From: Bacteroidaceae bacterium
GTDB lineage: Bacteria > Bacteroidota > Bacteroidia > Bacteroidales > Bacteroidaceae
Reading direction: 5' to 3'
Assembly (NCBI GenBank): GCA_017429525.1
Contig: JAFROT010000030.1
Span: 113,776 to 177,775 of the forward strand
DNA: 64,000 nt
A program made the translations under genes and the position numbers. Below are positions 1 to 9,547 of this stretch, one piece after another. Under the pieces are notes generated by a model, which was not told the origin of the DNA, did no database searches, and worked only from the letters and a program-made list of their open reading frames with translations. Each line of letters begins with the position of its first letter. Within the stretch, counting starts at the first letter, position 1.

Positions 1-1302
1 CATTTCATCGTCTACTGGGACAAAGCCTTCGGCGACAATCCGAATGCCTCGACCGTACCTTCCGCCCTGCGCGTTGACGTCAACGACTTGCTCAAGAAAG
101 CCGAGCAGTTCTACGACACGAACGTCAACAAACTCGGAATGGCCATCGAAGGCGAGTCGCAGGTCGATAACTACAAGATGATCATCCATCTCCTCTATCA
201 GACGGAATGGCTCGCAACGGGTTCTGGCTACGACGACAAGATCGGCGCCCTCTGGGTGAACCCCTCCACGTGCAAGCCAGTCGGCCACACCATCGGCCAC
301 GAGATCGGCCACTCCTTCCAGTATCAGGTAGCCTGCGACCACCGCTACAACTTCGTCGGAGCCTACACGCAGCGCGGCTGGCGCTACGGCTTTGGCCCCA
401 ACGGCTCAGGCGGCAATGGCTTCTGGGAGCAGTGCGCACAATGGCAGGGCTTCCAGGACTATCCCGACCAGGTCTTCGGCTACGACGTCACCGTATGGCT
501 ATACAACTACCACCGCCACTACTGCCATGAGTGGATGCGCTACGCTTCCTACTGGTGGCAGTACCACCTCGTCGAGAAGCACGGCCTGCAGGCGTTCGGA
601 CGTTTATGGCGTGAGAGCCGCTATCCCGAAGACCCCCTCGAGACCTACACGCGCCTCTTCTGCGACGGCGACTGGGATGCCTTCTGGGCCGACTATTTCG
701 AGTACTGCACCAAGCTGCAGAACTATCAGTTCGACGAGATCCACAAGTACATTACCAAGAATTACAGCGCCCGCAACTACAAGACGCAGATGTACAAGAC
801 CGACGACGACTATTGGCAGGTGGCCTTCAACAGCTGCCCCGAGACGGCTGGCATGAACTTCATCCCCCTCACCGGCTATAAGCAGGGCGACGACGTCACA
901 GTCTCCTTTCAGGCGCTCAAGCCTGGCGACGCCCTCCTCGCTGCCGATCCAGGCAAGTCGTGGAACGGCGACCCGATGGCATCGGAGAACGCCAACAAGT
1001 TCGACAAAGTGACCAAGTACAACAGCGCCGGCAAGCTCGCCGACCGCTCCTTCCGCTTCGCCTTCGTGGCTGTCGTACAGGATGGCAGCACAGGCGGCAA
1101 TACGGCCGTTTCTGAGATCGTCAAGACCGATGCCGACGGCAACCTCACCTTCACCGTGCCCGAGAAGACCATTCGCCTCTCGCTCCTCGTCGTGCCTACG
1201 CCCAAGACCTATCATCGCCATGCTTGGGACGAGACCGACAGCAACGACGAGCAGTGGCCCTATCGCGTCAAGTTCGACGGCTGCAGGCCCAGCGGACTGT
1301 AA
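1..1302 (+). CDS. secreted HExxH zinc-metallopeptidase-like protein, 5' end outside the window
   Basis: Frame 1 is open from base 1 (HFIVYWDKAFGDNP...) into listed ORF 88..1302. Contains motif GHTIGHEIGHSF. Family not recognised beyond the motif. Confidence 0.6.
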   Translation, partial: HFIVYWDKAFGDNPNASTVPSALRVDVNDLLKKAEQFYDTNVNKLGMAIEGESQVDNYKMIIHLLYQTEWLATGSGYDDKIGALWVNPSTCKPVGHTIGHEIGHSFQYQVACDHRYNFVGAYTQRGWRYGFGPNGSGGNGFWEQCAQWQGFQDYPDQVFGYDVTVWLYNYHRHYCHEWMRYASYWWQYHLVEKHGLQAFGRLWRESRYPEDPLETYTRLFCDGDWDAFWADYFEYCTKLQNYQFDEIHKYITKNYSARNYKTQMYKTDDDYWQVAFNSCPETAGMNFIPLTGYKQGDDVTVSFQALKPGDALLAADPGKSWNGDPMASENANKFDKVTKYNSAGKLADRSFRFAFVAVVQDGSTGGNTAVSEIVKTDADGNLTFTVPEKTIRLSLLVVPTPKTYHRHAWDETDSNDEQWPYRVKFDGCRPSGL

Positions 1303-1402
1303 GCGCCAGCGCACGTTTCGCCTAACAAGTGAACGCTTGTCGTTCATGACTTAATAACAGAGAATAGGAATCATTTTTTCAACTAACTAATTTTTAACGC
1401 TT

Positions 1403-3934
1403 ATGAAAAAGTATTTTACTCATCTCATGGCGCTTCTCGCATGCTTCGTAGTGAGCATGAGCGCTAATGCGCAGTTCAGCGCAACGATTGAGGACTACCC
1501 GACTAGCGATTGGAGCTGGAAAGGTCATGACTTCAGTCTCGCAGAGGTAGCATCAACGTTAGGAACCGACGCTGCCACGCTCGTAGCGGCCCTCGATGCT
1601 TGGATGGCAGAAGAAGCTCCCACGGAGTTTCTCTTCCAAACATCCGACTACGTGCCCACGGCGTTAGAGAACTATGCAGCAGCCGACCGAGGTTTCTGGA
1701 TGTCGCTTGACGGCGTGCCTCACGCTTGGGACGAAACAGATGCAGAAGGCAACCAATTGGTCAGCATCTACAACCATTTCGCATGGGATGCTGCAGCTGG
1801 CACATTCACCGTAGGTATCGGTCAGCGCGCAGGTGCCCTTGCTGCCGGAGCTGAAGGTCACGCATCTCTGGTGCTGGCTTACAACGGTAAAAAAGCAACC
1901 TTCGACATCACGTTCAAGGTCATCGAGAAGGAAGCGCCCGACCTCCCTGAGGCTGAGACCGATCTGACTAAGCTGACCATCGTCGGCGAGAAGACCGTCG
2001 AGTTGGATCAGTATCCCAACGTTGCTACGCAACAGAAAATCGACCTCACAGGCGTTGCCGAAGCTCTCGGCACGACGGACGAGATTATCGCTGAGAACCT
2101 CGGCGAGTTTCTCTTCACCACCACCATCGAGCTCCGCGGTGAGGACGAGGACAGCCAGAAGCCTTACAAGACCAACACGCTCAGCAAAGAGCCTTCTGCT
2201 GGTGGCATCGGCTGGTGGCTGGCTGCCGTCTGGGACGACGAGAACGATGCCTGGTCCGAGGAAACCGCCCGCTGCGTATGGGGCGAGCATGCCGCTTTCC
2301 GAAGCATGTACAGCGAGCAATACAGCTTCGACGCTGCCACCCACACCCTCAGCTGCGTAACAGGCTGGGAAAACTATTCACTCGAACTGGGCACGAAGTA
2401 CAACTTCCACGTCTACGTCGTCTACGGCAACAAGGCCTATCATATTAATAACGTAGTTACCTTGTCACAGAAGCCCGAGGAAGATCCCAGCAAGTGGGAG
2501 AAGATCGGCGAGCAGGATGAGGCCGTAAGCATGTTCCAAGGCGACAACCTCACCACGCTGAGCCTCGACGTTGACGCTATCGCTACAGCCCTTGGCTGTG
2601 AAGTATCGAATCTCAAGATGTATGGCCCGTCAGATGAAAAGGGCAATATCGATGACCGCCAGACGGCTAACAATGGCGGTATATGGTTCAGTGGAAATGG
2701 TTTTGTCTGCGCTTGGAATAGCAATGACGACAAGGGTAGCCCCTTCACCTTCTACATTGAGCCTGTAAGCGACAAGGACTTCAGTAATATGAATGTCGGT
2801 CAGAATGCCGGTGCCACCGAAGCTGGAGTTACTTATACAACAACTCTCTTCTTCTTCAACGGCGACAAGAGCGACGAAAACAACAAGTATTACGCCGTCA
2901 ACGTCAGCATCGCCATTGAAAAAGAAGACCAAGGCGAAATCGTTGATCCCAGAGAGTGGGAAAGTGTTGCCACAAAGAACCTCAGCTACAATGTAGAGGT
3001 AGCCACCTCGGGCTGGGGCGGCGAGATTGGAGAAGGCGTCGACCTCGATGAGATCGAGACGCTTATTGGCACGCGCACTCCCAAACTTTACGGATGGGTG
3101 AAGACCGATGCAGGCACCGAATACTCCAAAGATTGGAGCTGCGATCCGAAACCAGGTTTCTGGTTGACTGGCGACGGTTACGTGACCACTTGGACCGACA
3201 ACACCGCCTCTCCCTTCGGCGTCTGCTACCTCGCCGACGGCACATTCCAACTCTTCCAATGGGTGGGCGGTAATCCCGAAGGAACCGTCCGCAAAACCAC
3301 CTTCTTCCTCGTCAACGAACAGAACGGCAAGTTTGTCACCATCAATATGACCATTATCTTCGGTCAGACCATTCAGGTCGACGAGATTGGCGAGACTTCC
3401 GTTGAGATGGGCATCGGCACAAGCAATACCTACTACGACGTTGACTTCACCGAGGCTGTCAAGGGCTTTGAGGTCGAGAAGATCGAAGACGTCATCGGCT
3501 CACGCTGCATGCGCGCCCTCAACGACGATGGCACTTGGACCGAGCAGATGGTTCCCGGCGACGGTGTGCCCTTGAATGAGAACGGCGCCCTCGACGTCTC
3601 CGACGACAACATCCTCGCCATGGCATGGATCTACGCCGAACCTAAGGACGACAACACCGTGACCTTCGAAGTCGAGCCCGGCAACATCAAGATTGCCAAG
3701 GGCAGCAAGGTAACCACCAAGCTGGCCTTCGAGTACGAGCCCGAGGGCGAAGAGACGATTGCCAAGCGCTTCGTGGTCAACATCACCCTCATGGATGCCG
3801 ACGACCTCACTGGCGTTCAGAGCATCAAGGCTGAGGTGAACAGCGTTGAGGTCTACGACCTCGCCGGCCGTCGCGTCAGCAATGCTGCCACCAAGGGCAT
3901 CTACATCGTAGGTGGTCGCAAGGTTGTCCGCTAA
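1403..3934 (+). CDS. T9SS-secreted repeat protein (signal peptide, five ~170-aa modules, C-terminal sorting domain)
   Basis: N-terminal signal MKKYFTHLMALLACFVVSMSANAQ. The C-terminus VEVYDLAGRRVSNAATKGIYIVGGRKVVR matches the type IX secretion CTD pattern. Repeated module anchor L..A..LG (AEVASTLGTD, VAEALGTTD, IATALGCE, IETLIGTR). Confidence 0.75.
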   Translation: MKKYFTHLMALLACFVVSMSANAQFSATIEDYPTSDWSWKGHDFSLAEVASTLGTDAATLVAALDAWMAEEAPTEFLFQTSDYVPTALENYAAADRGFWMSLDGVPHAWDETDAEGNQLVSIYNHFAWDAAAGTFTVGIGQRAGALAAGAEGHASLVLAYNGKKATFDITFKVIEKEAPDLPEAETDLTKLTIVGEKTVELDQYPNVATQQKIDLTGVAEALGTTDEIIAENLGEFLFTTTIELRGEDEDSQKPYKTNTLSKEPSAGGIGWWLAAVWDDENDAWSEETARCVWGEHAAFRSMYSEQYSFDAATHTLSCVTGWENYSLELGTKYNFHVYVVYGNKAYHINNVVTLSQKPEEDPSKWEKIGEQDEAVSMFQGDNLTTLSLDVDAIATALGCEVSNLKMYGPSDEKGNIDDRQTANNGGIWFSGNGFVCAWNSNDDKGSPFTFYIEPVSDKDFSNMNVGQNAGATEAGVTYTTTLFFFNGDKSDENNKYYAVNVSIAIEKEDQGEIVDPREWESVATKNLSYNVEVATSGWGGEIGEGVDLDEIETLIGTRTPKLYGWVKTDAGTEYSKDWSCDPKPGFWLTGDGYVTTWTDNTASPFGVCYLADGTFQLFQWVGGNPEGTVRKTTFFLVNEQNGKFVTINMTIIFGQTIQVDEIGETSVEMGIGTSNTYYDVDFTEAVKGFEVEKIEDVIGSRCMRALNDDGTWTEQMVPGDGVPLNENGALDVSDDNILAMAWIYAEPKDDNTVTFEVEPGNIKIAKGSKVTTKLAFEYEPEGEETIAKRFVVNITLMDADDLTGVQSIKAEVNSVEVYDLAGRRVSNAATKGIYIVGGRKVVR

Positions 3935-3988
3935 TCCACTTGACTCTCTTCGAGTGTGCCTCCACTGACGAGGCACCCACAACTTATC

Positions 3989-4027
3989 ATGTACGCGCTC
4001 GCACATACGGGCGCGTACATTATTTTA
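3989..4027 (+). terminator. hairpin downstream of the T9SS cargo gene
   Basis: atgtacgcgc (3989-3998) pairs with gcgcgtacat (4011-4020), followed by tattttat. Confidence 0.4.
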
Positions 4028-4084
4028 TACCCTCGCAACGACCTCAGCAGTCGCACCTTTATTCGCGACGGCCTCAGCGACCAG

Positions 4085-4197
4085 TCGTGAAGGGTGATGC
4101 GACTATTCGCAAGCATCGACACGAGCCGTCGTGAAGGCTGACGCGTATATACGTGTGAGGTGGACCACCAAGGTGATCCACCTCTCGCATATATACG
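4085..4197. repeat. cluster of tcgtgaagg..gatgcga and cgtatatacg repeat words flanking a hairpin
   Basis: tcgtgaagggtgatgcga at 4085; cgtatatacg at 4144-4153; hairpin gaggtgga/tccacctc at 4157-4184; catatatacg at 4188-4197. The same words occur at 20112-20209 and 57503-57660. Confidence 0.7.
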
Positions 4198-4329
4198 TAA
4201 GAAGGTCGACGAATAAAGAGGAATGTAGAAGCGACTCATTGCGTCGGCTGTCACGAATGGTCGCGAAGGACGAAGCGATGAGGCAAGTTGTCAATCAAGT
4301 CCATTCACGAACGCGACCCTGACGCATCA

Positions 4330-6252
4330 TCAGAGCTGCTGCATGTCGTTGAGATGCTTGTAATAGCCGCCGAGTTGGATGAGCTCGTCGTGCGTGCCTT
4401 GTTCAACGATACGGCCCTCATGGAGCACACAGATGAGGTCGGCATGACGGATGGTGGAGAGGCGGTGGGCGATGGCGATGGTGGTGCGGTTCTGCATCAG
4501 TCGTTCCAAGGCCTCTTGCACAAGGCGCTCACTCTCCGTGTCGAGGGCGCTGGTGGCTTCATCCAGAATGAGGATAGGCGGATTCTTCAGGATAGCACGG
4601 GCGATGCTGACGCGCTGACGCTGACCGCCACTGAGACGGCAACCACGGTCGCCGACGTAAGTGTCGTAGCCGTGTTCCGAGGCCAGGATGAACTCATGGG
4701 CATTGGCAATCTTAGCCGCCTCGACCACCTGCTCCATCGTAGCGTTCTCCACGCCGAAGGCGATATTGTTGAAGAACGTATCATTGAAGAGGATAGCCTC
4801 CTGATTGACGTTACCGATGAGCGTGCGGAGGTCGTGGATGCGGAAGTTGCGAATGTCCGTGCCGTCGATGCTGATGCTGCCGCCCGTCACGTCGTGGTAG
4901 CGCGGCAACAAGTCCACAAGCGTCGACTTGCCCGAACCCGACTGCCCGACGATGGCGATGGTCTTGCCTTTCGGTACGTCGAGGTCTACTCCATGTATCA
5001 CCTCGAGCGGATTGTTGGCATACTGGAAATGGACATCTTCAAAGCGAATGCCTTTGTCGAGACCCGTGATGGCTACGGGATTAGCGGGCTCCTTGATGGG
5101 ATTCTCGGTATTCAAGATCTTGTCGATGCGCTCCATCGAGGCAAGACCTTTGGGGATCTGGTAGCTGGTCTTGGACAAGTCCTTCAGCGGATTGATGACG
5201 CTGTAAAGAATCACCATATAGAAGATGAACGTAGGTGCATCGATGGGCGAGTGCTCGCTGAAGATGAGCGTACCGCCGAACCAGAGCACGATGACGATGA
5301 TGCACGTGCCCAGGAACTCGCTGACCGGATGGGCCGACGCCTGGCGGATGGCCACGCGACTGCTGGCGTCGCGGTACTCATTGTTGACGCGGCTGAAGCG
5401 CGCCAGCATCTTGTCCTCGGCGATGAATGCCTTGATGATGCGCAGACCTCCGAGCATCTCGTCGAGCTGCGACATCGTCTCGCTCCACTTCGACTGCGCA
5501 TAGAGACTCTTGGCCTTCAGCTTGCGACCAATGGTGCCCATGACCCAGATCAGTCCGGGGATGACGAGCACGGTGAACAACGTCAGTTGCCACGACACGA
5601 ATACGAGCGTGAAGAAGTAGAACAGGATGAGTATCGGGTCCTTGATGAGCATGTTCAGCGACGAGGTGATGCTGGTCTCCACCTCTGCGACATCGCCACT
5701 CATGCGGGCGATGATGTCGCCGCGCCGCTCATCGTTGACGAAAGCCAGAGGCAGATGCAACACCTTGTCGAAGACCATCACACGGATGTCGCGGACGATG
5801 CCCGTGCGCAGCGGCACCATCACAGCCGACGCCGCAAAGAAGCACGCCGTCTTGAAGAACGTGGTGATGCAGAGGAAAAGGCCGATGATCAACAGCGTGG
5901 TCTTGTGGCCGTAGCTGCCGATGAGTACGGAGGTGAAATAATAGAGGTTGTTGATGGCGATGTCCTTGATGCCGTCCAGTTGCCAGGGCTGATACGAGTA
6001 GGCGCTGGTGTCCATGCCGAAGAGCATGTGGAGCATAGGCATGACACTCATGAACGAGAACACGTTGAGCACAGCCGACAGCAGATTGGCCACTACAGCA
6101 CCAATCATGTAACCCTTGTAAGGCATCGCAAAGCGACCCAGGAGAGAGAAGAATGAAGAAAAAGAACTGCCGCCAGCAGAACCATTCCCTTGCCCTTGCA
6201 GAGGGGTAGATGGCGTTGGCTGTTGTGTATTGTTCGTTGTATGCTTGCTCAT
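4330..6252 (-). CDS. ABC transporter, fused permease/ATPase (MsbA-like exporter)
   Basis: Six-TM N-terminal half. Walker A GQSGSGKST, signature LSGGQRQRVSIARA, Walker B ILILDEATSALD. Confidence 0.9.
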   Translation of the reverse strand: MSKHTTNNTQQPTPSTPLQGQGNGSAGGSSFSSFFSLLGRFAMPYKGYMIGAVVANLLSAVLNVFSFMSVMPMLHMLFGMDTSAYSYQPWQLDGIKDIAINNLYYFTSVLIGSYGHKTTLLIIGLFLCITTFFKTACFFAASAVMVPLRTGIVRDIRVMVFDKVLHLPLAFVNDERRGDIIARMSGDVAEVETSITSSLNMLIKDPILILFYFFTLVFVSWQLTLFTVLVIPGLIWVMGTIGRKLKAKSLYAQSKWSETMSQLDEMLGGLRIIKAFIAEDKMLARFSRVNNEYRDASSRVAIRQASAHPVSEFLGTCIIVIVLWFGGTLIFSEHSPIDAPTFIFYMVILYSVINPLKDLSKTSYQIPKGLASMERIDKILNTENPIKEPANPVAITGLDKGIRFEDVHFQYANNPLEVIHGVDLDVPKGKTIAIVGQSGSGKSTLVDLLPRYHDVTGGSISIDGTDIRNFRIHDLRTLIGNVNQEAILFNDTFFNNIAFGVENATMEQVVEAAKIANAHEFILASEHGYDTYVGDRGCRLSGGQRQRVSIARAILKNPPILILDEATSALDTESERLVQEALERLMQNRTTIAIAHRLSTIRHADLICVLHEGRIVEQGTHDELIQLGGYYKHLNDMQQL

Positions 6253-6341
6253 AATCTTTTAATTATCAGTCCTTGTAAGGGTGTTCTCCTCTCCGATGCT
6301 CTATTCTTGATATCGGAATGAAGGAAGACAGAGGTGTCCTG

Positions 6342-6749
6342 CTATTTTCTGCCGAAGTCGGCAGGAATCTCGCCCCAGTTCTCCGTATCCCATTTGATGA
6401 GCGGGAAGGGCGTTCCATTCTGCCTCAGCCAAGCCTCAGCACGAGCCACGAGGCCGAGCAGCGGTTGGTTCTCAGGCGTCGGCGCCAGCGTCGTCTTAGC
6501 CTTACGCTTTGTCACCCAGATGATGGCCGTTCGCGAGTCGCTATAGACGGGCATCGAAAGGCCTTTCTGCTTCAGCAGAGCCATCGCATGCACAATAGCC
6601 AAGAACTCGCCAATATTATTGGTTCCATGAACGGGGCCGTAGTGGAACACCTCCTGACCTGTCTTCAGATAGATGCCTCGGTACTCCATCGGCCCTGGAT
6701 TGCCACTGCAGGCAGCATCCACGGCGATAGCTTCAGCCGGCACTTCCAT
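6342..6749 (-). CDS. rnhA: ribonuclease HI
   Basis: IAVDAACSGNPGPMEYRG, NNIGEFLAIVHAM and YSDSRTAI match the RNase H DEDD core. The listed ORF extends to a TTG at 6812 inside the tandem repeat. The ATG at 6749 gives an E. coli-like N-terminus. Confidence 0.8.
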   Translation of the reverse strand: MEVPAEAIAVDAACSGNPGPMEYRGIYLKTGQEVFHYGPVHGTNNIGEFLAIVHAMALLKQKGLSMPVYSDSRTAIIWVTKRKAKTTLAPTPENQPLLGLVARAEAWLRQNGTPFPLIKWDTENWGEIPADFGRK

Positions 6750-6796
6750 CGGGAGTGGCAGCACCGTGTCGTGGCGGTAGGCGGGAGGATTAACTA

Positions 6797-7035
6797 ATTT
6801 ACTATTTGACAATTTACTATTTACAATTTATTGACCGTCTTATGATTTACTATTTGACAATTTACTATTTACAATTTATTGACCGTCTTATGATTTACTA
6901 TTTGACAATTTACGATTTACAATTTATGGGCAATGGCTTTTATTGACGACAGTTATGCTCTTGATGCATTGATTATAGGCAAGTTACCAAAGACCAGATA
7001 AATGGTAAATCGTAAATGGTCAAATCGTAAATGGG
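6797..7035. repeat. 48-bp tandem repeat (2 perfect copies plus 1 diverged) with an inverted tttacgattta-type arm
   Basis: Unit atttactatttgacaatttactatttacaatttattgaccgtcttatg at 6797-6844 and 6845-6892, with a variant copy from 6893. The reverse-complement-like arm ataaatggtaaatcgtaaatggtcaaatcgtaaatggg lies at about 6998-7035. Confidence 0.85.
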
Positions 7036-7036
7036 A

Positions 7037-8848
7037 TTACATCCTCTCCGGCACCTCAATGCCAAGCAGGCCCATGCCCGTCTTGATGACTTTCGCCACA
7101 GCCTCGCAGAGGGCAAGGCGGACGGCACGCTTCTGCGGGTCTTCCTCCTTCAGGATCTGGAAGTCGTGGTAGAAGCCGTTGAACTCCTTCGCCAGGTCAT
7201 AGCAATAGTTGGCGATGACGCTGACGTTGTAGTCGGTGCCAGCCTGACGAACGGCAGTTCCAAAGGCGGCAAGTTGCTGGATGAGGGCGATCTCCTTCTC
7301 GCTTAGCGCACATTGTCCGTTGTCCATTGCCCATTGTCCATTTGCCTTGCGCAGGATGCTGCGGATACGGGCATAGGTGTACTGGATGAAGGGACCTGTG
7401 TTTCCGTTGAAGTCGATCGACTCCTCGGGATTAAAGAGCATATTCTTGCGGGCATCCACTTTGAGGATGAAGTACTTCAGCGCGCCCATACCGACGATGC
7501 GGGCAATCTCTTGCGCCTCAGCCTCGGTGATGTCGTCGAGCTTATTCACTTTGTCCTTGCTCATCTCGCGGGCATCGCTGATCATCTTGGCGATGAGGTC
7601 GTCGGCATCTACGACGGTGCCTTCGCGCGACTTCATCTTGCCATTGGGCAGTTCCACCATTCCATAGGAGAAGTGTACGAGGTCCTTACCCCACTTGAAG
7701 CCCAACTTATCCAGCAGGATGGAGAGCACTTGGAAATGATAGTTCTGCTCGTTGCCCACGACGTAAATCATCTTGTCGATGGGAAAGTCCTGGAAGCGCA
7801 GCTTGGCCGTACCGATGTCCTGCGTCATGTAGACGCTTGTGCCATCGGCGCGCAAGAGCAGTTTCTCGTCGAGGCCTTCGGCGTTGAGGTTGGCCCATAT
7901 GCTGCCGTCCTCGCGACGATAGAAGAAGCCTTTTTCCAAGCCTTCCATCACTTTCTCCTTACCCTCGAGATAGGTCTGGCTCTCGTAGTAAATCTTGTCG
8001 AACGAGACGCCCAGCGCCTTGTAGGTCTCGTCGAAGCCTGCATAGACCCAGTCGTTCATGCGCTTCCACAGGCCACGCACCTCAGGGTCGTTCTGCTCCC
8101 ATTTGACCAGCATCGCACGGGCCTCGTTCATCAACGGACTCTCCTTCTCAGCACGTTCCTTGGCGGCCTCCTCGTCCATGCCTTCGGCCACGAACTTCTC
8201 GGTCAGCTGCTTCAACTCAGCACGATAGTGCTTGTCGAAAGCCACATAATAGTCGCCGATGAGGTGGTCGCCCTTCTTGCCCGTGCTCTCGGGCGTCTCG
8301 CCATTGCCCCATTTCAGCCACGCCAGCATCGACTTGCAGATGTGTATGCCACGGTCGTTGACGATATTGGTCTTGACGACACGGTTGCCGTTGGCCTCCA
8401 TCACTTGTGCCAGCGCCCAGCCCAGGAGGTTATTGCGCACGTGGCCGAGGTGAAGAGGTTTGTTCGTATTGGGCGACGAGTATTCGATCATCACGAGCGG
8501 CGACTCATCGGTCACGGGCGTGAGGCCATAGTGAGCATCCTGCTGGATCTCGCTGAGCAGGCTGACCCAGCAAGCGTCGGCAATGACCATATTCAGGAAA
8601 CCCTTGATGACATTGAAACGCGCGACCACATCCGGCAGGTTCGTGACCAGATACTGTCCGATCTCCTCGGCCGTGTCCTCGGGACGCTTGCGGCTCATCT
8701 TCAGGAAGGGGAAGACGATGAGCGTCAGATGTCCCTCAAATTCCTTCTTGGTGGCGCCCAGTTGCACTATCGTCTCGGGCACGTCCTGCCCATATAAAGC
8801 CTTGACGGCAGCGACAACAGCTGCTGTGAGTTTTTGTTCGATTTGCAT
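7037..8848 (-). CDS. argS: arginine--tRNA ligase
   Basis: 603 aa. Class I motifs PNTNKPLHLGHVRNN and GKMKSREG. Typical ArgRS C-terminus ...GIEVPERM. Confidence 0.95.
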   Translation of the reverse strand: MQIEQKLTAAVVAAVKALYGQDVPETIVQLGATKKEFEGHLTLIVFPFLKMSRKRPEDTAEEIGQYLVTNLPDVVARFNVIKGFLNMVIADACWVSLLSEIQQDAHYGLTPVTDESPLVMIEYSSPNTNKPLHLGHVRNNLLGWALAQVMEANGNRVVKTNIVNDRGIHICKSMLAWLKWGNGETPESTGKKGDHLIGDYYVAFDKHYRAELKQLTEKFVAEGMDEEAAKERAEKESPLMNEARAMLVKWEQNDPEVRGLWKRMNDWVYAGFDETYKALGVSFDKIYYESQTYLEGKEKVMEGLEKGFFYRREDGSIWANLNAEGLDEKLLLRADGTSVYMTQDIGTAKLRFQDFPIDKMIYVVGNEQNYHFQVLSILLDKLGFKWGKDLVHFSYGMVELPNGKMKSREGTVVDADDLIAKMISDAREMSKDKVNKLDDITEAEAQEIARIVGMGALKYFILKVDARKNMLFNPEESIDFNGNTGPFIQYTYARIRSILRKANGQWAMDNGQCALSEKEIALIQQLAAFGTAVRQAGTDYNVSVIANYCYDLAKEFNGFYHDFQILKEEDPQKRAVRLALCEAVAKVIKTGMGLLGIEVPERM

Positions 8849-8880
8849 ACCTTATAATATATAAAAATTGATTTCGGCTG

Positions 8881-8888
8881 CAAAGGTA
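8881..8888 (-). promoter_or_regulatory. Bacteroidota -7 box (TAccTTTG) for argS
   Basis: Plus-strand caaaggta, 33 nt upstream of the argS ATG. Confidence 0.5.
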
Positions 8889-8991
8889 AGCATTTTTATG
8901 GACTTAAGCCCCACGATTTACGTTTTTTAGTGGAAAGCATCTCTCTTTTCAGCTCCTCGAAGCGCTCAGTAGGGCAAAGGGCCGCAGTCAA

Positions 8992-9026
8992 CAACAAAAA
9001 AACCTTAGGGCCGAAGCCCTAAGGTC
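8992..9026 (-). terminator. rho-independent terminator of the HU gene
   Basis: ccttagggc cgaa gccctaagg at 9003-9024. On the minus strand it is followed by tttttttgttg. Confidence 0.8.
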
Positions 9027-9054
9027 TTGTGATTCGAAAAGAGATGTCAGAGGA

Positions 9055-9327
9055 TTACTGGATTGCAGCGTCGAGTTCAGCACCAGCCTTGAACTTAGCC
9101 TGCTTCTTGGCAGCAATCTCGATGGCTTTACCCGTCTGGGGGTTCACACCCTGACGAGCAAGGCGCTCGTTGACGGCGAATGTGCCGAAGCCGATGAGAG
9201 CGACCTTTTTACCAGCCTTCAGAGCTTCGGTGATAGCGGCGATAGTTGCGTCGAGAGCCTTCTTGGCATCTACTTTCGTCAAGCCTGCCTTGGCGGCGAT
9301 GGCATTTGTCAAATCTGTCTTGTTCAT
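9055..9327 (-). CDS. hup: HU family DNA-binding protein
   Basis: 90 aa: MNKTDLTNAIA...GFGTFAVNERLARQGVNPQTGKAIEIAAKK. Confidence 0.95.
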   Translation of the reverse strand: MNKTDLTNAIAAKAGLTKVDAKKALDATIAAITEALKAGKKVALIGFGTFAVNERLARQGVNPQTGKAIEIAAKKQAKFKAGAELDAAIQ

Positions 9328-9406
9328 AATTAGGTTTTAATAATTGAGTTAAAAAAAACGTTCCTTGATGAATTAAGAAATGGCTTTTTTGTGCCTATTC
9401 TTGTGG

Positions 9407-9414
9407 CAAATGTA
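9407..9414 (-). promoter_or_regulatory. -7 box (TAcaTTTG) for hup
   Basis: Plus-strand caaatgta, 80 nt upstream of the ATG. Confidence 0.45.
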
Positions 9415-9509
9415 GTTAAAGTTGTGATTCGCACCAAGTTTTTAGGCAAAAAAGACATAAAAAACTTTATTTTTATGGCGAATTAGCCTTAAATCACCAC
9501 AAAAATACC

Positions 9510-9517
9510 TACTTTTG
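9510..9517 (+). promoter_or_regulatory. -7 box (TActTTTG) for the rhomboid/EEP operon
   Basis: tacttttg. It overlaps the first codon of the listed ORF start at 9515, arguing for the ATG at 9548. Confidence 0.5.
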
Positions 9518-9547
9518 CGCTCTCTAAACACTAAAGCTAAACGTAAA

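Noticed and set aside
4288-6156. 622-aa plus-strand ORF
   Set aside because: It is entirely antisense to the well-supported ABC exporter gene, with a low-complexity Asp/Glu/Arg/His/Val-rich translation and no motifs. This is a typical shadow ORF of a GC-rich gene.
7313-8797. 494-aa plus-strand ORF
   Set aside because: Antisense to argS, with no recognisable domain.
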